64,000 nucleotides of DNA from Methanotrichaceae archaeon (GCA_963813075.1 CAWEXU010000031.1:160001-224000); one strand, 5' to 3'. Shown: positions 10,121 to 21,428, numbered from the stretch's first letter. Notes: a model not told the origin generated them from the sequence alone. A program made the numbers and translations.

Positions 10121-11140
10121 GTGACCGATAGATTAGCAGCCTGGAACGTTCGGGAAGAGGATTTCCCAGTCAATGGCAACCAGTACGATCAGATTAAAGG
10201 CCTGCTCAGGTATGCTGTTTTAGCTCCCTCCGGGCCCAATACTCAGCCCTGGAAGCTTTCGATTAACGGGGACGAGGTCTCACTGATTGCAGACTTTGAC
10301 CGTGCTTTGCCCAATGTCGACCCATCCAACAGGACTCTTTATCTCAGCCACGGCTGTCTTCTGGCCAATATCCTCCTGGCTGCGGAGCACTTTGGCTTTG
10401 GATATGATGTTTCATACCTGCCCGATGGCCCTTCCGGCGAGAGGACCGCGGCCATAAAGCTTACAAAACCTGCTGACTCGAAAAAGCTCCCGGATCTATT
10501 CAATCAGATAACCAGACGCCACACAAACCGGAAGGAATTTGAAGAGAGGGCAATAGAGGAGGCAAGGCTTAAAGAATTGAGGGCCTGCGTACAGAAAGAT
10601 GGGGTTGATCTGAATATCCTGACCGATGAGGCCGGCAAGTCTGCGATGTCCGATATCCTCGCCCGCGCTCATAAGATCCAGCTGGGGAATAAGACCTTCA
10701 GAAAGGAGCTGGCCAGTTGGGTGAGGCCCAATACCGGGGACGAAAAGGACGGCCTGCCAGGCTATTCATTCGGCTATTCTGATTTTGAATCCTACTTCGG
10801 CTCATTCATCTTCGGGACCTTTGATATGTCCTCATCCCGGGCGAGGATTGAGACCGCCTATATGAAGGCCTCGCCAGCGGTAGGAGTCCTATCCACCGAT
10901 CAGGATGACATGACGACCTGGCTGAAGGCGGGCTTCCTTTTCCAGATTCTATTTCTCAAGGCGACGGAGATGGATGTCAGGTTTGATCTCTTCAGTCAAC
11001 CCGTAGCTATTCCTGAGTTGAGGGAGGATATGGCGAGGATATTGAAGGTAAAATATCCCCAATTGCTCATCCGCATGGGTTATGCAGAACCGAGCAAACA
11101 TACACCCAGAAGGCCGCTGGAAGAGGTGCTGGTATCCTGA
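10121..11140 (+). CDS. Acg-family FMN-binding nitroreductase-like protein
   Basis: LAPSGPNTQPW, ITRRHTNR, PQLLIRMGY, TPRRP motifs; GTG start. Confidence 0.85.
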   Translation: MTDRLAAWNVREEDFPVNGNQYDQIKGLLRYAVLAPSGPNTQPWKLSINGDEVSLIADFDRALPNVDPSNRTLYLSHGCLLANILLAAEHFGFGYDVSYLPDGPSGERTAAIKLTKPADSKKLPDLFNQITRRHTNRKEFEERAIEEARLKELRACVQKDGVDLNILTDEAGKSAMSDILARAHKIQLGNKTFRKELASWVRPNTGDEKDGLPGYSFGYSDFESYFGSFIFGTFDMSSSRARIETAYMKASPAVGVLSTDQDDMTTWLKAGFLFQILFLKATEMDVRFDLFSQPVAIPELREDMARILKVKYPQLLIRMGYAEPSKHTPRRPLEEVLVS

Positions 11141-11489
11141 TCGGGATTGGGGTACATTTAGAAGGAAGATACAGAAAAAGAAATCTATCCTTAATTAACT
11201 TTTTCTATCAACTATTTTTCCTAAAGATATGAATTGTAGAAGGTCTATTTATTATAATGTTAGAAAAAATTATATAATACTACAATATTTCACCGAAATA
11301 TTTATATATGATAGTCCAAAGCTAAAATTACTTCTTAAAAAAATAAATAATTTTAGCACAGATCTACAAAATATTTCTACTATAGAAGTTATGTTATTTA
11401 AATTCATAATAATTTTTTTAATAATGTATTTCAATTTACGTAATCTTTAAATATTTCTAAAGCTAAGAATTTAGGTATACGGAGGTTAT

Positions 11490-12382
11490 ATGTTAAGAAT
11501 TGAGGTAGACATGTATTCTGGGCGACCTAATCCGTCCTGGACTGTAGATGAGAAGGATGCTAAAAAATTCTGGATAAAATATGCTAAAAGTGCACAAGCT
11601 GTCGCAGATATAGAAGCAGGACAAAGAGACCTGGGCTATCGGGGCCTCATCATTGAGCCCTTATCAGAGGAGCTCATGTACGAATATGATACTCCTGCGT
11701 CCTTCAGGATCGCCAGCAGAGAATCAAAAGATTTGGCAGGAGGAATCGATCTAGCTACAGAAATAATTAAGAAAATGCCTTTAGAAAAAAAACGGTAGAT
11801 GCAGATGCCACACCACTTGAAGCAAATCTGCGGGATACCATCCTAAATGAACTAAATGTCTTTTCAAAGAGGACCGCCATCTTCAGTGAAAAAGACGGAG
11901 CCAAGGAGGTCTTGCCACCTGTGGATGTCGCCTGCAATTACGAGAGGACCCAGTTCAATCCAGGATTTTGGAACGATTCCGCCCACATCTCAAAGAATAA
12001 CTGCTACAACTATGCGATAAATAGAAGAACCGATAGTTTTGCCCAACCAGGAAGGGCATGTGGCCAACAAGCTTCAACATGGGCTTGTGATGCGGTAACC
12101 AATGCTGCTCTGTGTGACGGTGCTCATAGGCGATACAACTGTTTCCCAGATACAGAAAAAAATCGCAATCTGTGTAGCCCTGGTCATTTGGCCGGGTCAA
12201 GGATTATCATTGGTATCGTCTGCACTCAGAGGGATTCTGGGGCCATAAACCTGGAAGGACGGCGGCAAGAAAACACAGACAACTGCAACCAGGTGATCAA
12301 AAATCCACAGACCTGCTGTCGCGGTCCTTACACACAGTTCTGTGGATACTTCTATACTTGCAAGAGTATGAGGATAAGGTGA
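11490..12382 (+). CDS. two-domain protein: N-terminal DxxSGRxNPxW/LGYRG domain plus Cys-rich papain-like (NCYNYA...DYHWYR...WGHKPG) domain; several frameshifts
   Basis: ORFs 11490-11798 and 11912-12382 join by a shift at the A-run ~11785-11792; alternate frames give VALVIWPG, DYHWYRLHSEGFWGHKPG. Confidence 0.7.
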
Positions 12383-12477
12383 TTCGAAGGACATAGACTT
12401 TATTATTAGGTATTGATATTCACAACATATTAAGAAATGCCAGATTGAGAAAAAAGAATCCTTGTTGAGGTAATAAA

Positions 12478-14671
12478 ATGAGAGAATTTGTTTCGCTAAA
12501 TCCAAAAAATATGTCGAGAGACTTCGATGCAACAATTCAGGGAGAGGAACCGATAGTCAGACTTGAGGAGACTGCAGGCAAAATAACGATATCATATACT
12601 TTCCCTGGTTTTTACCTGGTAGAAGACAGTCGCGACATCGACATGAGGAGATTGGCTTCAAGCTGATCACCATCGCAGCAGTCGGTTCTTTGGGTGTGAG
12701 CGGTCGACCACAGCTCCCCTCATTTGGCCGTTATGTGCAGATCCCTCAGAACGCAAGCTACAAGATCACCGTGGAAAAGAGCAAACCAACCGTCTTCGAT
12801 AATGTAATCGTTTCCCCATTTCAGCAGATGCAGACTGACAGCCCTGGCGGGAAGACCGCATTTGAGTATGACAGCGATTTCTATAATCAAGACATCCTTT
12901 ATCCGGAAGAAATCGTTAATGTCACCGGTCCCTTCAACATCGACCAGTACAACGCTCTCCTGGTCCACGTGACTCCTTTCCAGTACAATCCGGCTGAAAA
13001 AAAGGCTAACTGGATATGGGAATGTAACGGTTGAAATTGAGATTAAACGAAGGCCGGAGGCAATGGCGAGCAGAGAGATAAGACCCTCTACTGCATCACC
13101 CGAGATAGGGGCTTTTGGAAATCTGCTGCTCAATCCCGGAAGCCGTATAGATGCCAGGCTCAACCTGCCCGAAATAGTCCTGCACCAGACGCTGCAATAA
13201 ATGAAGCCGGCAAGCCGTTGATACTCCTACGGCCGCGGTTTCTGATCATCTATGCCGGGGCGGTTGAAGCTGCTGCCAGGAAGCTGGCCAACTGGAAGAT
13301 CCGGCGAGGGCTTCTCACTAAAAATAATTTCTATTGATTCTATTGGCTTAGATGTTGCCAAAGATGTTGCAAAAATCAAGAAATATGTCCGGAAAGAAAA
13401 GGCGAATAACCCCGATCTGAATTATGTCCTTTTATTCGGAGATGTGGATTCAATTCTCAACGGAGACAATTCATGGCGGCGCATTTGAAGAATATGGAGA
13501 TAATATAACCGATTACTACTACTCAACAAAAACCGATCCCACTGGGCCAAACAGCCTTGTCTTTCCCTGGCTGTCTATTGGGCGCATTCCTGCAAGCAAA
13601 GATGGCGATGCTATGAACATAGTGGATCAGATAATCGCCTATGAAACGGAGCCATCTTCTGATCCCAAGATACTATACGAGGATGACCTTTGCCGCCTAC
13701 TTCCAGGATGAAGATATGGATGACCGGGATGACCGGGAATTCCTTAAGACCATGGAGGATATCCGCACCAGCATTCAGCCCCTGGGATACAGCATAAAGC
13801 GAATTTATGTCACCAACAACAAGGACATGAAATTCCACATGGACGGAACGCCTATCCCAGAGGATGTTAAGGAAGCGATAGTAAATCCCAAAGTAGCCAC
13901 GAAGATGATGATCGATGCAGTTAACGAAGGTCAGCTCTTTATCGGCCATAGAGATCATGGTGATTGGGATGGATGGGGTCAACCTCCCTTCAAGATCGGT
14001 GACCTGAACAAGGTGACAGGAAAAACCACATCCATATTCTACAGCATCAACTGCCTTACAGGAAAATTCGATGTCAATTCTGCAGAATCGTTTGCTGAGA
14101 AGAATCTGAGGATGGAAGGGGCTGCTCCGTCACTCATTGCCGCTTCCCAGGTATCAAGTAGCTCGCTGAACAATAGCCTTGAGAAAGCGCTCTTTGATGC
14201 CACATTTGGCGGTGTCATTCCCACGTTCCCCAGCGGCACGGCCAGCTACCCGCTCACCTTCAACCGTTTGGGAGATGTGCTAAACTACAGCAAATCCTAT
14301 CTTCCCATAAGCTTAAGCGGCACTCCGATGTACATAAAAGATCATTTTGAGATTTACCACGTGATCGGAGACCCCACCATCGAGCTATGGACGGCAGCGC
14401 CGAGATTGGTCTCGGTTAAAGCCAAACTAAGGACCATTTTAAGAGAAAGGTGCTGGACATAATTCTCTCCGAGTGTCCTAAAGGCTGCACGCTCACTATA
14501 TGGGCTGATGATCAGATGATGCGCAGACTTGAACCCTCTTCCACCCATATAGCGATCTCCTTAAATGACCTCAAATTGACTATTGGTGAGAGCCTGGTTA
14601 AGGACTTACATGTATGCTTCCATGCACCAGGATGCCGATACAGCGAGGTGGTTGTAAAGACCGGTAAATGA
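12478..14671 (+). CDS. C25 (gingipain-like) cysteine peptidase with C25 propeptide, split by multiple frameshifts
   Basis: GRPQLPSFGRYVQIP and VTPFQYNP (propeptide); YVLLFGD, TDYYYS, SIGRIP, RDHG, INCLTGKFD, YHVIGDP (catalytic domain) across consecutive ORF fragments. Confidence 0.82.
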
Positions 14672-14836
14672 TCTATTGTGATTGATCAATTAATGGTAGC
14701 AAATACATAAAATTTTTATATTTCACAATTTTTGCATATTTTTTTTTATAATTTTAACTTTGTGACCGGGGATTGGAGTCCATAACTCATGGGAAAACTC
14801 ATATATCAAGACAGCCTTAATAATAAAGGCGATTAA

Positions 14837-15294
14837 ATGAATTTCAAATTCTCTTTGAAATTAATGCTTTTAGTAATTATGTTTTTTGCTGAGGCAGGTG
14901 ACGCGACCAACTTGACCGGAGTTGATAATATTCTCAGGATTGAGATGGACATATTCAGCGGAAGAGAAAATCCTTTCTGGAATTTGAACATAAATGAGTC
15001 GAATTTTTCATAGAGAAAATCCTATCTCTTCCAGAAGGTAATAAGAACGAATCGATTGATGCAGGATTGGGATATCGGGGATTAATCATCACAGGTGACC
15101 TGCTAAAGGATAAATGTATTGACGAGATCAGGATTTTCAGTGGGGTGGCGAACGTTATGGCTATGGATAATGTATCAAATCTTTCTGATCCGGGGCGTGA
15201 TCTGGAGCTATGGCTGATCGAGACGTCAAGGACGCACATTGATAGCGAACTCTATGATTCAGTGCATAAAGAGGTCACGAATGCGACTAGCTGA
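14837..15294 (+). CDS. secreted stand-alone homolog of the N-terminal domain of the 11490 protein; one frameshift near 15005
   Basis: MNFKFSLKLMLLVIMFFAEAGDA signal-like start, then LRIEMDIFSGRENPFW and LGYRGLII, DPGRDLELWLI. Confidence 0.7.
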
Positions 15295-15469
15295 GGTATT
15301 TCCAATTTGGGATTCAAAGGCAGTAGGGAAAAATGGATTGCGGGAATCAAATCTGAAAAGGTGGTGGCAAGGCGAGAATTGATCCTTGCTCATCCCACTC
15401 TTATGAGCCTCTGCGCCAGGTTTTACAGGATCAGATCCCGCCTGCGATTATTCTTCAGGATGATTCGCT

Positions 15470-15616
15470 TCAAATCGATTTAAGCTGCTCATCTATTCTC
15501 TTGATTTTATTAGCGCATTCCGCCAGCTTCACCAGCAGGAAGTGGCGCTCGGCCATCAGCTTATTTTTATGAAACAGCAGAGCGGCCGAAGATTTTTTCC
15601 TGCTATCCGATTCCAT
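15470..15616 (-). CDS. 48-aa putative coiled-coil microprotein
   Basis: MESDSRKKSSAALLFHKNKLMAERHFLLVKLAECANKIKRIDEQLKSI; starts 6 nt after upstream stop, RBS-like ggtagg. Confidence 0.5.
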   Translation of the reverse strand: MESDSRKKSSAALLFHKNKLMAERHFLLVKLAECANKIKRIDEQLKSI

Positions 15617-15622
15617 TTTTAC

Positions 15623-15769
15623 CTACCATCCGGCACTGAGCATAACTGCCGTGAGGCCTATGCCGATGAATGCTCCCAGGCTGAGGAATATCTCCACTAT
15701 TGGGGCATTTTTCGATCTATAATTCTGGTTGACCAGGGTCTCATAAAGGGCCTTATAGTATCTCTTCAT
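15623..15769 (-). CDS. 48-aa microprotein with C-terminal TM helix
   Basis: MKRYYKALYETLVNQNYRSKNAPIVEIFLSLGAFIGIGLTAVMLSAGW; ATGA overlap with upstream ORF. Confidence 0.55.
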   Translation of the reverse strand: MKRYYKALYETLVNQNYRSKNAPIVEIFLSLGAFIGIGLTAVMLSAGW

Positions 15770-16008
15770 GGTAAAGCCCCCATTCTGGCCATGAGGTCCA
15801 TTGAGAATACTGATCCGAATATCAGTACGGTCAGGGCCAGTGCGAATAAGATCTCATCTGTATGCCGGATGCTGTCTGCCTGAGCTCTCAGGTAGCCTGC
15901 TTTAGGGCCAAACAGCCTGGCCCCAATTCCAGAGAGCTCATAATGCTCATATTGCTCATAAGGCTCATTAGGCCTATATGGTTCGCTTATTTCATTTCTT
16001 CCGATCAT
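15766..16008 (-). CDS. 80-aa protein with EPY-type repeats and C-terminal TM helix
   Basis: MIGRNEISEPYRPNEPYEQYEHYE...ILFALALTVLIFGSVFSMDL; coupled to next ORF. Confidence 0.5.
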   Translation of the reverse strand: MIGRNEISEPYRPNEPYEQYEHYELSGIGARLFGPKAGYLRAQADSIRHTDEILFALALTVLIFGSVFSMDLMARMGALP

Positions 16009-16305
16009 TTTCAACTTCCTGGGGCCAATATCATTAAGAGACCGGCAATCTCTTATGCGGCCCGTCCTTCCAATTAGTTTTTTTATAAGTCTATTCCGAT
16101 TCGATAACGCTATGCAGCGGTCGAACATTCAATACCCAATCCAGATCGAACCAGATTGGGTGTTACAATCCCGGTTTTCTTATAGATGCATCTAAGGACG
16201 CACCAATGTCGTGCTCTCGACTGAAAATGGAACTGCTGAGCTTCGACATGCTATTCTGGTTTCAGCACAACCTATATAAATTTTACTGTCGAACCCCAGG
16301 ATTGT

Positions 16306-16776
16306 ATGCTTAAATCATTTCAAAGAGCTTTATTCAGATTGTTCAATAGGTATATAGTGGTGCCCGCTTTTCAAAAGAACCTCGGCAAATACATTTCAAA
16401 TCCCATCATAGGCAATATCATGGTCATTAAAACGAGAGGCAGGAAGACCGGAAAGACGCGCTATACCCCGGTGTATCACGCTCTTGTCGGCGAGAACATT
16501 TACTGCTACCAGGGCAAGCATCTAAAGGGCCAGTGGTATCTGAATGTATTGGCTAACCCCAATGTGGAAGTCCTCCTGCCCGGCGGCACTCTGACCGGAG
16601 TCGCAGAAGAGGTGAGCGATCCAAAGGAGGCAGCTTATGCCATCCGCCAGATCCTGAAGGGCAGTGGAGTCTGGGCATTTCTGTATGGATTCAATCCATT
16701 TACCATCGAGGATGGATCCCTGGAAAAGAAGGTGCAGCAAATTCCGGTGATCAGGATCAAGAGGGCAGCAAAATGA
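16306..16776 (+). CDS. deazaflavin (F420)-dependent nitroreductase family (Ddn/DUF385-like)
   Basis: TRGRKTGKTRYTPV and WYLNVLANPNVEV motifs. Confidence 0.85.
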   Translation: MLKSFQRALFRLFNRYIVVPAFQKNLGKYISNPIIGNIMVIKTRGRKTGKTRYTPVYHALVGENIYCYQGKHLKGQWYLNVLANPNVEVLLPGGTLTGVAEEVSDPKEAAYAIRQILKGSGVWAFLYGFNPFTIEDGSLEKKVQQIPVIRIKRAAK

Positions 16777-16894
16777 TCTGCAGTGACCATTGCCGCTTCT
16801 CTTATTCCCAGGCGTTATGCCTGCGTTTTTCGCATGCCGATTCCAGCCAAACTTTTTATAAGATTGACATCATTTATTGCGAGGTGTTCTTGAT

Positions 16895-17293
16895 ATGTCC
16901 AATATTGATAAGATATCGATAGATACGAACCGAGTTGTGCCGCCATTCCTGACCCCAGCGGTCAAGGGTCTCGCTCTAGTCCTGCTGCTTCTCATGCTGT
17001 CAGTTCCGGTCCTCGCTCATTCTCCATCCCAGGTACTCCTCGCTTATGACAATCCGAATCAGACATTGAATGTGACCATAAGCCATAGCTCGTCAAATCC
17101 AGGCCACTTTATCCGGGAGGTGGCAGTGCAGAAGAATGGCGAAGACGTCCTGAGAAAAGAATACACTAACCAGACTGATGCCAACACCTTCAGCTATTAT
17201 TATCAGATTAATGCCACCGCAGGAGACATCCTGAAGGCCGGGGCCTACTGCAGCATCTCCGGCAGCAGATCAGCCCAGACCAAAGTGCAGTGA
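16895..17293 (+). CDS. exported hypothetical protein, His-containing Ig-like/desulfoferrodoxin-like domain possible
   Basis: Hydrophobic signal ending VLA-HSP; SHSSSNPGHFI; AYCSISG. Confidence 0.6.
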   Translation: MSNIDKISIDTNRVVPPFLTPAVKGLALVLLLLMLSVPVLAHSPSQVLLAYDNPNQTLNVTISHSSSNPGHFIREVAVQKNGEDVLRKEYTNQTDANTFSYYYQINATAGDILKAGAYCSISGSRSAQTKVQ

Positions 17294-17352
17294 GATTTTT
17301 GGGCGAGGAGACTGTAAGCCAGGAAAAGGGGAAAAAATGGGCAGGATGAAAA

Positions 17353-17805
17353 TCAATGCTCTGCCGCTTTCCTGGCCTGGACAGCCAGCCCCCTTTTGAT
17401 CTGCATCATCTCCTCAGGCGCGAGGACGGCAGTGCCCGTGGCCAGCAGCCGATCCTCTGAGTCGACGACCAGAACCTCCTCACCGGCTCGAATCTCCGGG
17501 TCCACCGCAAGGACGTGCCTGGCAAATAGATTGCCTCCTTTGGCGATGAATGGCGCAGCATCATCTGTGGCTACCACCCTGAGCTTAGGGCTGCAGAACA
17601 GATCGTGCAGCCTCATGGCGCCGATCATGCTCAGGGTCAGGAGGTTATCCCTTGCTCGGACTGTGGCAATCCTCTCCTTTTCCCGGTAAAGATACCTCAG
17701 CCGGCGGGTCTTGGATAGGCTGTATTTCGTGCCATCGGGAAATAGAGCACTGCCCGCGCCCCTGCCAAACTGATAGTCGGCGATAGTCCTCGCTCGCTTA
17801 AGCAT
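17353..17805 (-). CDS. PUA-domain RNA-binding protein (archaeosine TGT C-terminal-like)
   Basis: IADYQFGRGAG, GGNLFARHV, IRAGEEVLVV, LLATG. Confidence 0.85.
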   Translation of the reverse strand: MLKRARTIADYQFGRGAGSALFPDGTKYSLSKTRRLRYLYREKERIATVRARDNLLTLSMIGAMRLHDLFCSPKLRVVATDDAAPFIAKGGNLFARHVLAVDPEIRAGEEVLVVDSEDRLLATGTAVLAPEEMMQIKRGLAVQARKAAEH

Positions 17806-17993
17806 CCAGATTTCCTTTGCCGGAGGAAATAAAAGAGTTATGGTGCTGGTGCCAGAACGTAATGGTTGGTGCCATTGCCAGTGGCGTCATCATGTCCAGT
17901 GCAGAGCATCATATCTCGGGCTCATACCATAATCTATTTTGCCCTCCTCAGTAAACCACCACCCATCTCGCTAATTAGCACCGGTGATTCGAT

Positions 17994-19238
17994 TTGAAAT
18001 CCCTAGATGTTGTAGATCCCGAAATCGCAGCCGCGATCCAGTCTGAGCTGGAGAGGCAGCGAAATAATATCATCCTGATTGCATCAGAGAACTTCACCAG
18101 TAGAGCGGTCATGGAGGCGCAGTGCTCTGTCATGACCAATAAGTATGCGGAAGGCTATCCTGGCAAACGCTACTATCGCGGCACGGGCTGCGTTGACCTG
18201 GCAGAGAACCTGGCAATAGAGCGCTGCAAGAAGCTCTTTGGCGCAGAGCATGTGAACGTCCAGCCCCACAGCGGCACTCAGGCCAACATGGCGGCCTACT
18301 TCGCCGTCCTCAAGATCGGCGATACCATCATGGGCATGAACCTCGCTCACGGCGGCCACCTCTCCCATGGCAGCCCGGTCAACTTCTCAGGCAAGATGTA
18401 CAAGATCGTGCCCTATAACGTATCCAGAGAGACGGAGATGCTCGACTACTCCGAGATGGCGGACATAGCTCGAAAGTCCCGGCCCCAGCTTATTGTGGTG
18501 GGCGCATCCAGCTACCCCCGGACCATCGACTTCAAGGCGGTGCGGGAGATCGCCGATGATGTAGGGGCTAAGGTTATGGCGGACATCGCCCATATCGCCG
18601 GCATGTGTGCAGTGGGCGCTCATCCATCTCCCGTGCCCTATGCGGATATCGTTACCACCACCACTCATAAGACCCTGCGGGGGCCGAGGGGCGCTCTGAT
18701 CCTGTGCAAAGAGGAGCTGGCCTCAGCCATTGACCGCTCAGTTTTCCCTGGCACCCAGGGGGGGCCGTTCATGAACTCCATCGCGGCGAAGGCGGTGGCA
18801 TTCAAGGAGGCCTTAACCCCGGAGTTCAAGGAGTATCAGTTCCAGGTTGTAAGGAATGCCCGCGCTCTGGCTGATCAGCTGCTGAAGAACGACTTCGACC
18901 TGGTCAGCGGGGGCACAGACAATCACCTGCTCTTGGTCAAGCTGCTGAAAGAGAACATCACCGGAAAGGTGGCTGACGAGACTTTAGAGAGGGCGGGAAT
19001 CACTCTGAACAAGAACATGATTCCGTTCGACCCGGCCACGCCCTTCGTCACCAGCGGAATTCGCATGGGCACTCCGGCCATGACCACCAGAGGCATGCAG
19101 GAAAAGCAGATGGTCCAGATCGCTGATTTGATCACCAGGGTGCTCCGCGACATCAGCAATGAGAAGACTATAACCGCGGTTCGCTCTGAGGCAAAAGCCC
19201 TGTGCGACCAGTTCCCCCTGTATCCCGATATGGCGTGA
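17994..19238 (+). CDS. glyA: serine hydroxymethyltransferase
   Basis: [38 protein letters not shown]. Confidence 0.98.
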   Translation: MKSLDVVDPEIAAAIQSELERQRNNIILIASENFTSRAVMEAQCSVMTNKYAEGYPGKRYYRGTGCVDLAENLAIERCKKLFGAEHVNVQPHSGTQANMAAYFAVLKIGDTIMGMNLAHGGHLSHGSPVNFSGKMYKIVPYNVSRETEMLDYSEMADIARKSRPQLIVVGASSYPRTIDFKAVREIADDVGAKVMADIAHIAGMCAVGAHPSPVPYADIVTTTTHKTLRGPRGALILCKEELASAIDRSVFPGTQGGPFMNSIAAKAVAFKEALTPEFKEYQFQVVRNARALADQLLKNDFDLVSGGTDNHLLLVKLLKENITGKVADETLERAGITLNKNMIPFDPATPFVTSGIRMGTPAMTTRGMQEKQMVQIADLITRVLRDISNEKTITAVRSEAKALCDQFPLYPDMA

Positions 19239-20098
19239 TCGAACTGACGACGATAATTGATGGAAAGGCCCTGGCCGGTGAGGTGGAGGCGGAGACTCTT
19301 CAGAGGGCGAAAAAGCTGGCCGAGAAGGGTATCGTCCCGGGCCTTGCCACGGTTCTGGTGGGAGAGAACCCGGCATCGCAGATGTACATCCGGCTCAAGC
19401 ACTCCGCCTGCTCCCGAGCGGGGATAAGATCCGAGAACGTACTCCTGCCGGAAAACAGCACAGAAGAGGAGATCATCGCCAAAATTCAGCAGCTCAATCA
19501 AAGAGAGGATATCAACGGCATTCTCCTGCAGCTGCCCCTGCCCGGCGGACTTAACCCTCAGAAGGCGATGATGAGCATTCTGCCGGAGAAGGATGTGGAT
19601 GGATTTCATCCCCGGAATATGGGAGCACTACTGCTGGGAGCAGAGAGGCTGGTGCCCTGCACGCCTCTGGGGATCATCTATGCCCTGGAGAGGCTGAACA
19701 AGAAGCTGGAGGGGGCAGAGGTGGTCATCGTCGGCCACAGCAATGTGGTGGGCAAGCCCCTGGCGGCCATGATGCTCAACCGCAATGCTACAGTGCAAAT
19801 ATGCCATGTCTTCACCAGAGACCTGGCCGAGCATACCCGCGATGCGGAGATACTGGTGGTGGCAGCCGGGGTCCCGGGCCTGATCAAAAAGGAGATGGTC
19901 CGGCCGGGAGCTTATGTCTTTGATGTGGGCATAAACCGGGTAGGAGATAAGACCGTAGGCGACGTGGACTACCAGGCGGTATCCGGGATCGCGGGAGCGA
20001 TAACCCCGGTTCCAGGCGGAGTGGGGCCTCTCACCGTGGCCATGCTCCTCCGACAGACCCTGAACGCCACTGAAAAGCAGACAGAAGCCCGCCAGTAA
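19235..20098 (+). CDS. folD: methylenetetrahydrofolate dehydrogenase/cyclohydrolase
   Basis: [40 protein letters not shown] overlap with glyA. Confidence 0.96.
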   Translation: MIELTTIIDGKALAGEVEAETLQRAKKLAEKGIVPGLATVLVGENPASQMYIRLKHSACSRAGIRSENVLLPENSTEEEIIAKIQQLNQREDINGILLQLPLPGGLNPQKAMMSILPEKDVDGFHPRNMGALLLGAERLVPCTPLGIIYALERLNKKLEGAEVVIVGHSNVVGKPLAAMMLNRNATVQICHVFTRDLAEHTRDAEILVVAAGVPGLIKKEMVRPGAYVFDVGINRVGDKTVGDVDYQAVSGIAGAITPVPGGVGPLTVAMLLRQTLNATEKQTEARQ

Positions 20099-20141
20099 AG
20101 GAATCAAATCAAAGAGAAATGGCAAAGGAAAGGATCAGAAT

Positions 20142-20738
20142 ATGTCCCTGGTAATTGCCCTGGCTAAGAAGAAGGAAGCGGTGATAGGAGGCGACAGGCG
20201 CTCTATCACCTTCCTGGGCAGCTGGCCAGAGCTGGAACAGGAGCTATATAGCGGCCTGATATCGGACGATGAGGCTCTACTAGCCCGAGCAAAGGAGATG
20301 GGGGCCACCCTGCAGGTAACAGATGGCAGAGACAAGGTCTGGAGGCGGGGCGACATCCTGGTGGGAGAGGTAACGGAGATCACTCCCCAGCTGGAGAGGC
20401 GCAGGAGGATATACGCTGCCCCTGGAGGTCAGCTGCAGGTCGACATCTCCGGGAAGGAGGCTCGAATAAGAGATCAGGGAAGATCGGGATGCATCATTTA
20501 TGGAAACCGATTCACCCAGCAGATTGCGGTATCAATTGTGGTTCAGGCCGATGGCCGGGTGGATGAGACTCTGATCCGGAAGATCTTCCAGGAAGTAGCA
20601 AATAAGACGGCCTCTGTAAGCCAGGAGCATGTGATCTTGAGGAGCGAGAAGGAGTTTTCCGATACCCAGAAGGCTTTAGAGGAAGCCCTGGTGGAGGACT
20701 GCCAGGAGAACGGCTGGAGGCTATGCGCTCCGCTGTGA
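20142..20738 (+). CDS. DUF2121 / connectase-like Ntn-fold protein
   Basis: N-terminus MSLVIA...AVIGGDRRSITF, ELYSGLI, RRRIYA typical of methanogen DUF2121. Confidence 0.8.
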   Translation: MSLVIALAKKKEAVIGGDRRSITFLGSWPELEQELYSGLISDDEALLARAKEMGATLQVTDGRDKVWRRGDILVGEVTEITPQLERRRRIYAAPGGQLQVDISGKEARIRDQGRSGCIIYGNRFTQQIAVSIVVQADGRVDETLIRKIFQEVANKTASVSQEHVILRSEKEFSDTQKALEEALVEDCQENGWRLCAPL

Positions 20739-21421
20739 TCCTGGCAGGGGGAAACAGCCATCGCCTGGGTCTGGAGAAGGCGCTCTTAGAGTTTGATGGA
20801 AGGCCGCTCATCTGCTGGACGGCAAAGGTCCTTCTCCTGGCCGCTGACGAGGTGGTGGTGGTGGCTAAAGATCGGGATCATGCGAGAAGGCTGGCCCAGA
20901 TCTTATTAGATAAAACATTTTTGGATGAAACAATTTCAGATAGTCCACACTCAGGTCGAAGACACTCAGATCAAAACCGGATTCGCTTCACCTGGGACAG
21001 CATCAGTGGTTTCGGGCCGGTGGCGGGCCTTGAGGCGGGATTGAGGATGGCCAGGGGCAGGTTCGCCTTTGCCACAGCATGCGATCTTCCTTTTTTGAAC
21101 AGGATGGTTATTGACAAGCTCTTTGAGCTGGCGGACAATGATTTGCGCTATGAGGCGGCAGTTCCTGTGCAGCCCAATGGGTACTTCGAGCCTCTCCATT
21201 CGGTCTATGAGAGGGCAAAGATGCAGCAGGCATGCCAGAGGGCTTTGGAGAGAGGGGAGAGGAGGATTCACGTCCCCCTGCAGGAGCTGGTAGTCAATCG
21301 GGTCCCAAAAGAGCAGTTCCTGCCGATGGACCCCGAGCAGCTTTCCTTTTTCAACCTCAATACCAGGGAGGACCTGAAAAGGGCCCAAGCTCTCTGGCCG
21401 GAAAAACGAAAAAGAAGCTGA
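20723..21421 (+). CDS. mobA: molybdenum cofactor guanylyltransferase
   Basis: ILAGG..R.G..KAL, GPVAG, ACDLPF, EPLHSVY, FFNLNT. Confidence 0.9.
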   Translation: MRSAVILAGGNSHRLGLEKALLEFDGRPLICWTAKVLLLAADEVVVVAKDRDHARRLAQILLDKTFLDETISDSPHSGRRHSDQNRIRFTWDSISGFGPVAGLEAGLRMARGRFAFATACDLPFLNRMVIDKLFELADNDLRYEAAVPVQPNGYFEPLHSVYERAKMQQACQRALERGERRIHVPLQELVVNRVPKEQFLPMDPEQLSFFNLNTREDLKRAQALWPEKRKRS

Positions 21422-21428
21422 TCGCCTT

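Noticed and set aside
11229..11450. 73-aa ORF
   Set aside because: Very AT-rich intergenic sequence giving an I/N/K/F-biased translation; likely spurious
11796..11798. Pyrrolysine/amber readthrough at the TAG ending the 11490 ORF
   Set aside because: A frameshift in the preceding A-run restores a continuous frame into the downstream domain; no readthrough is needed
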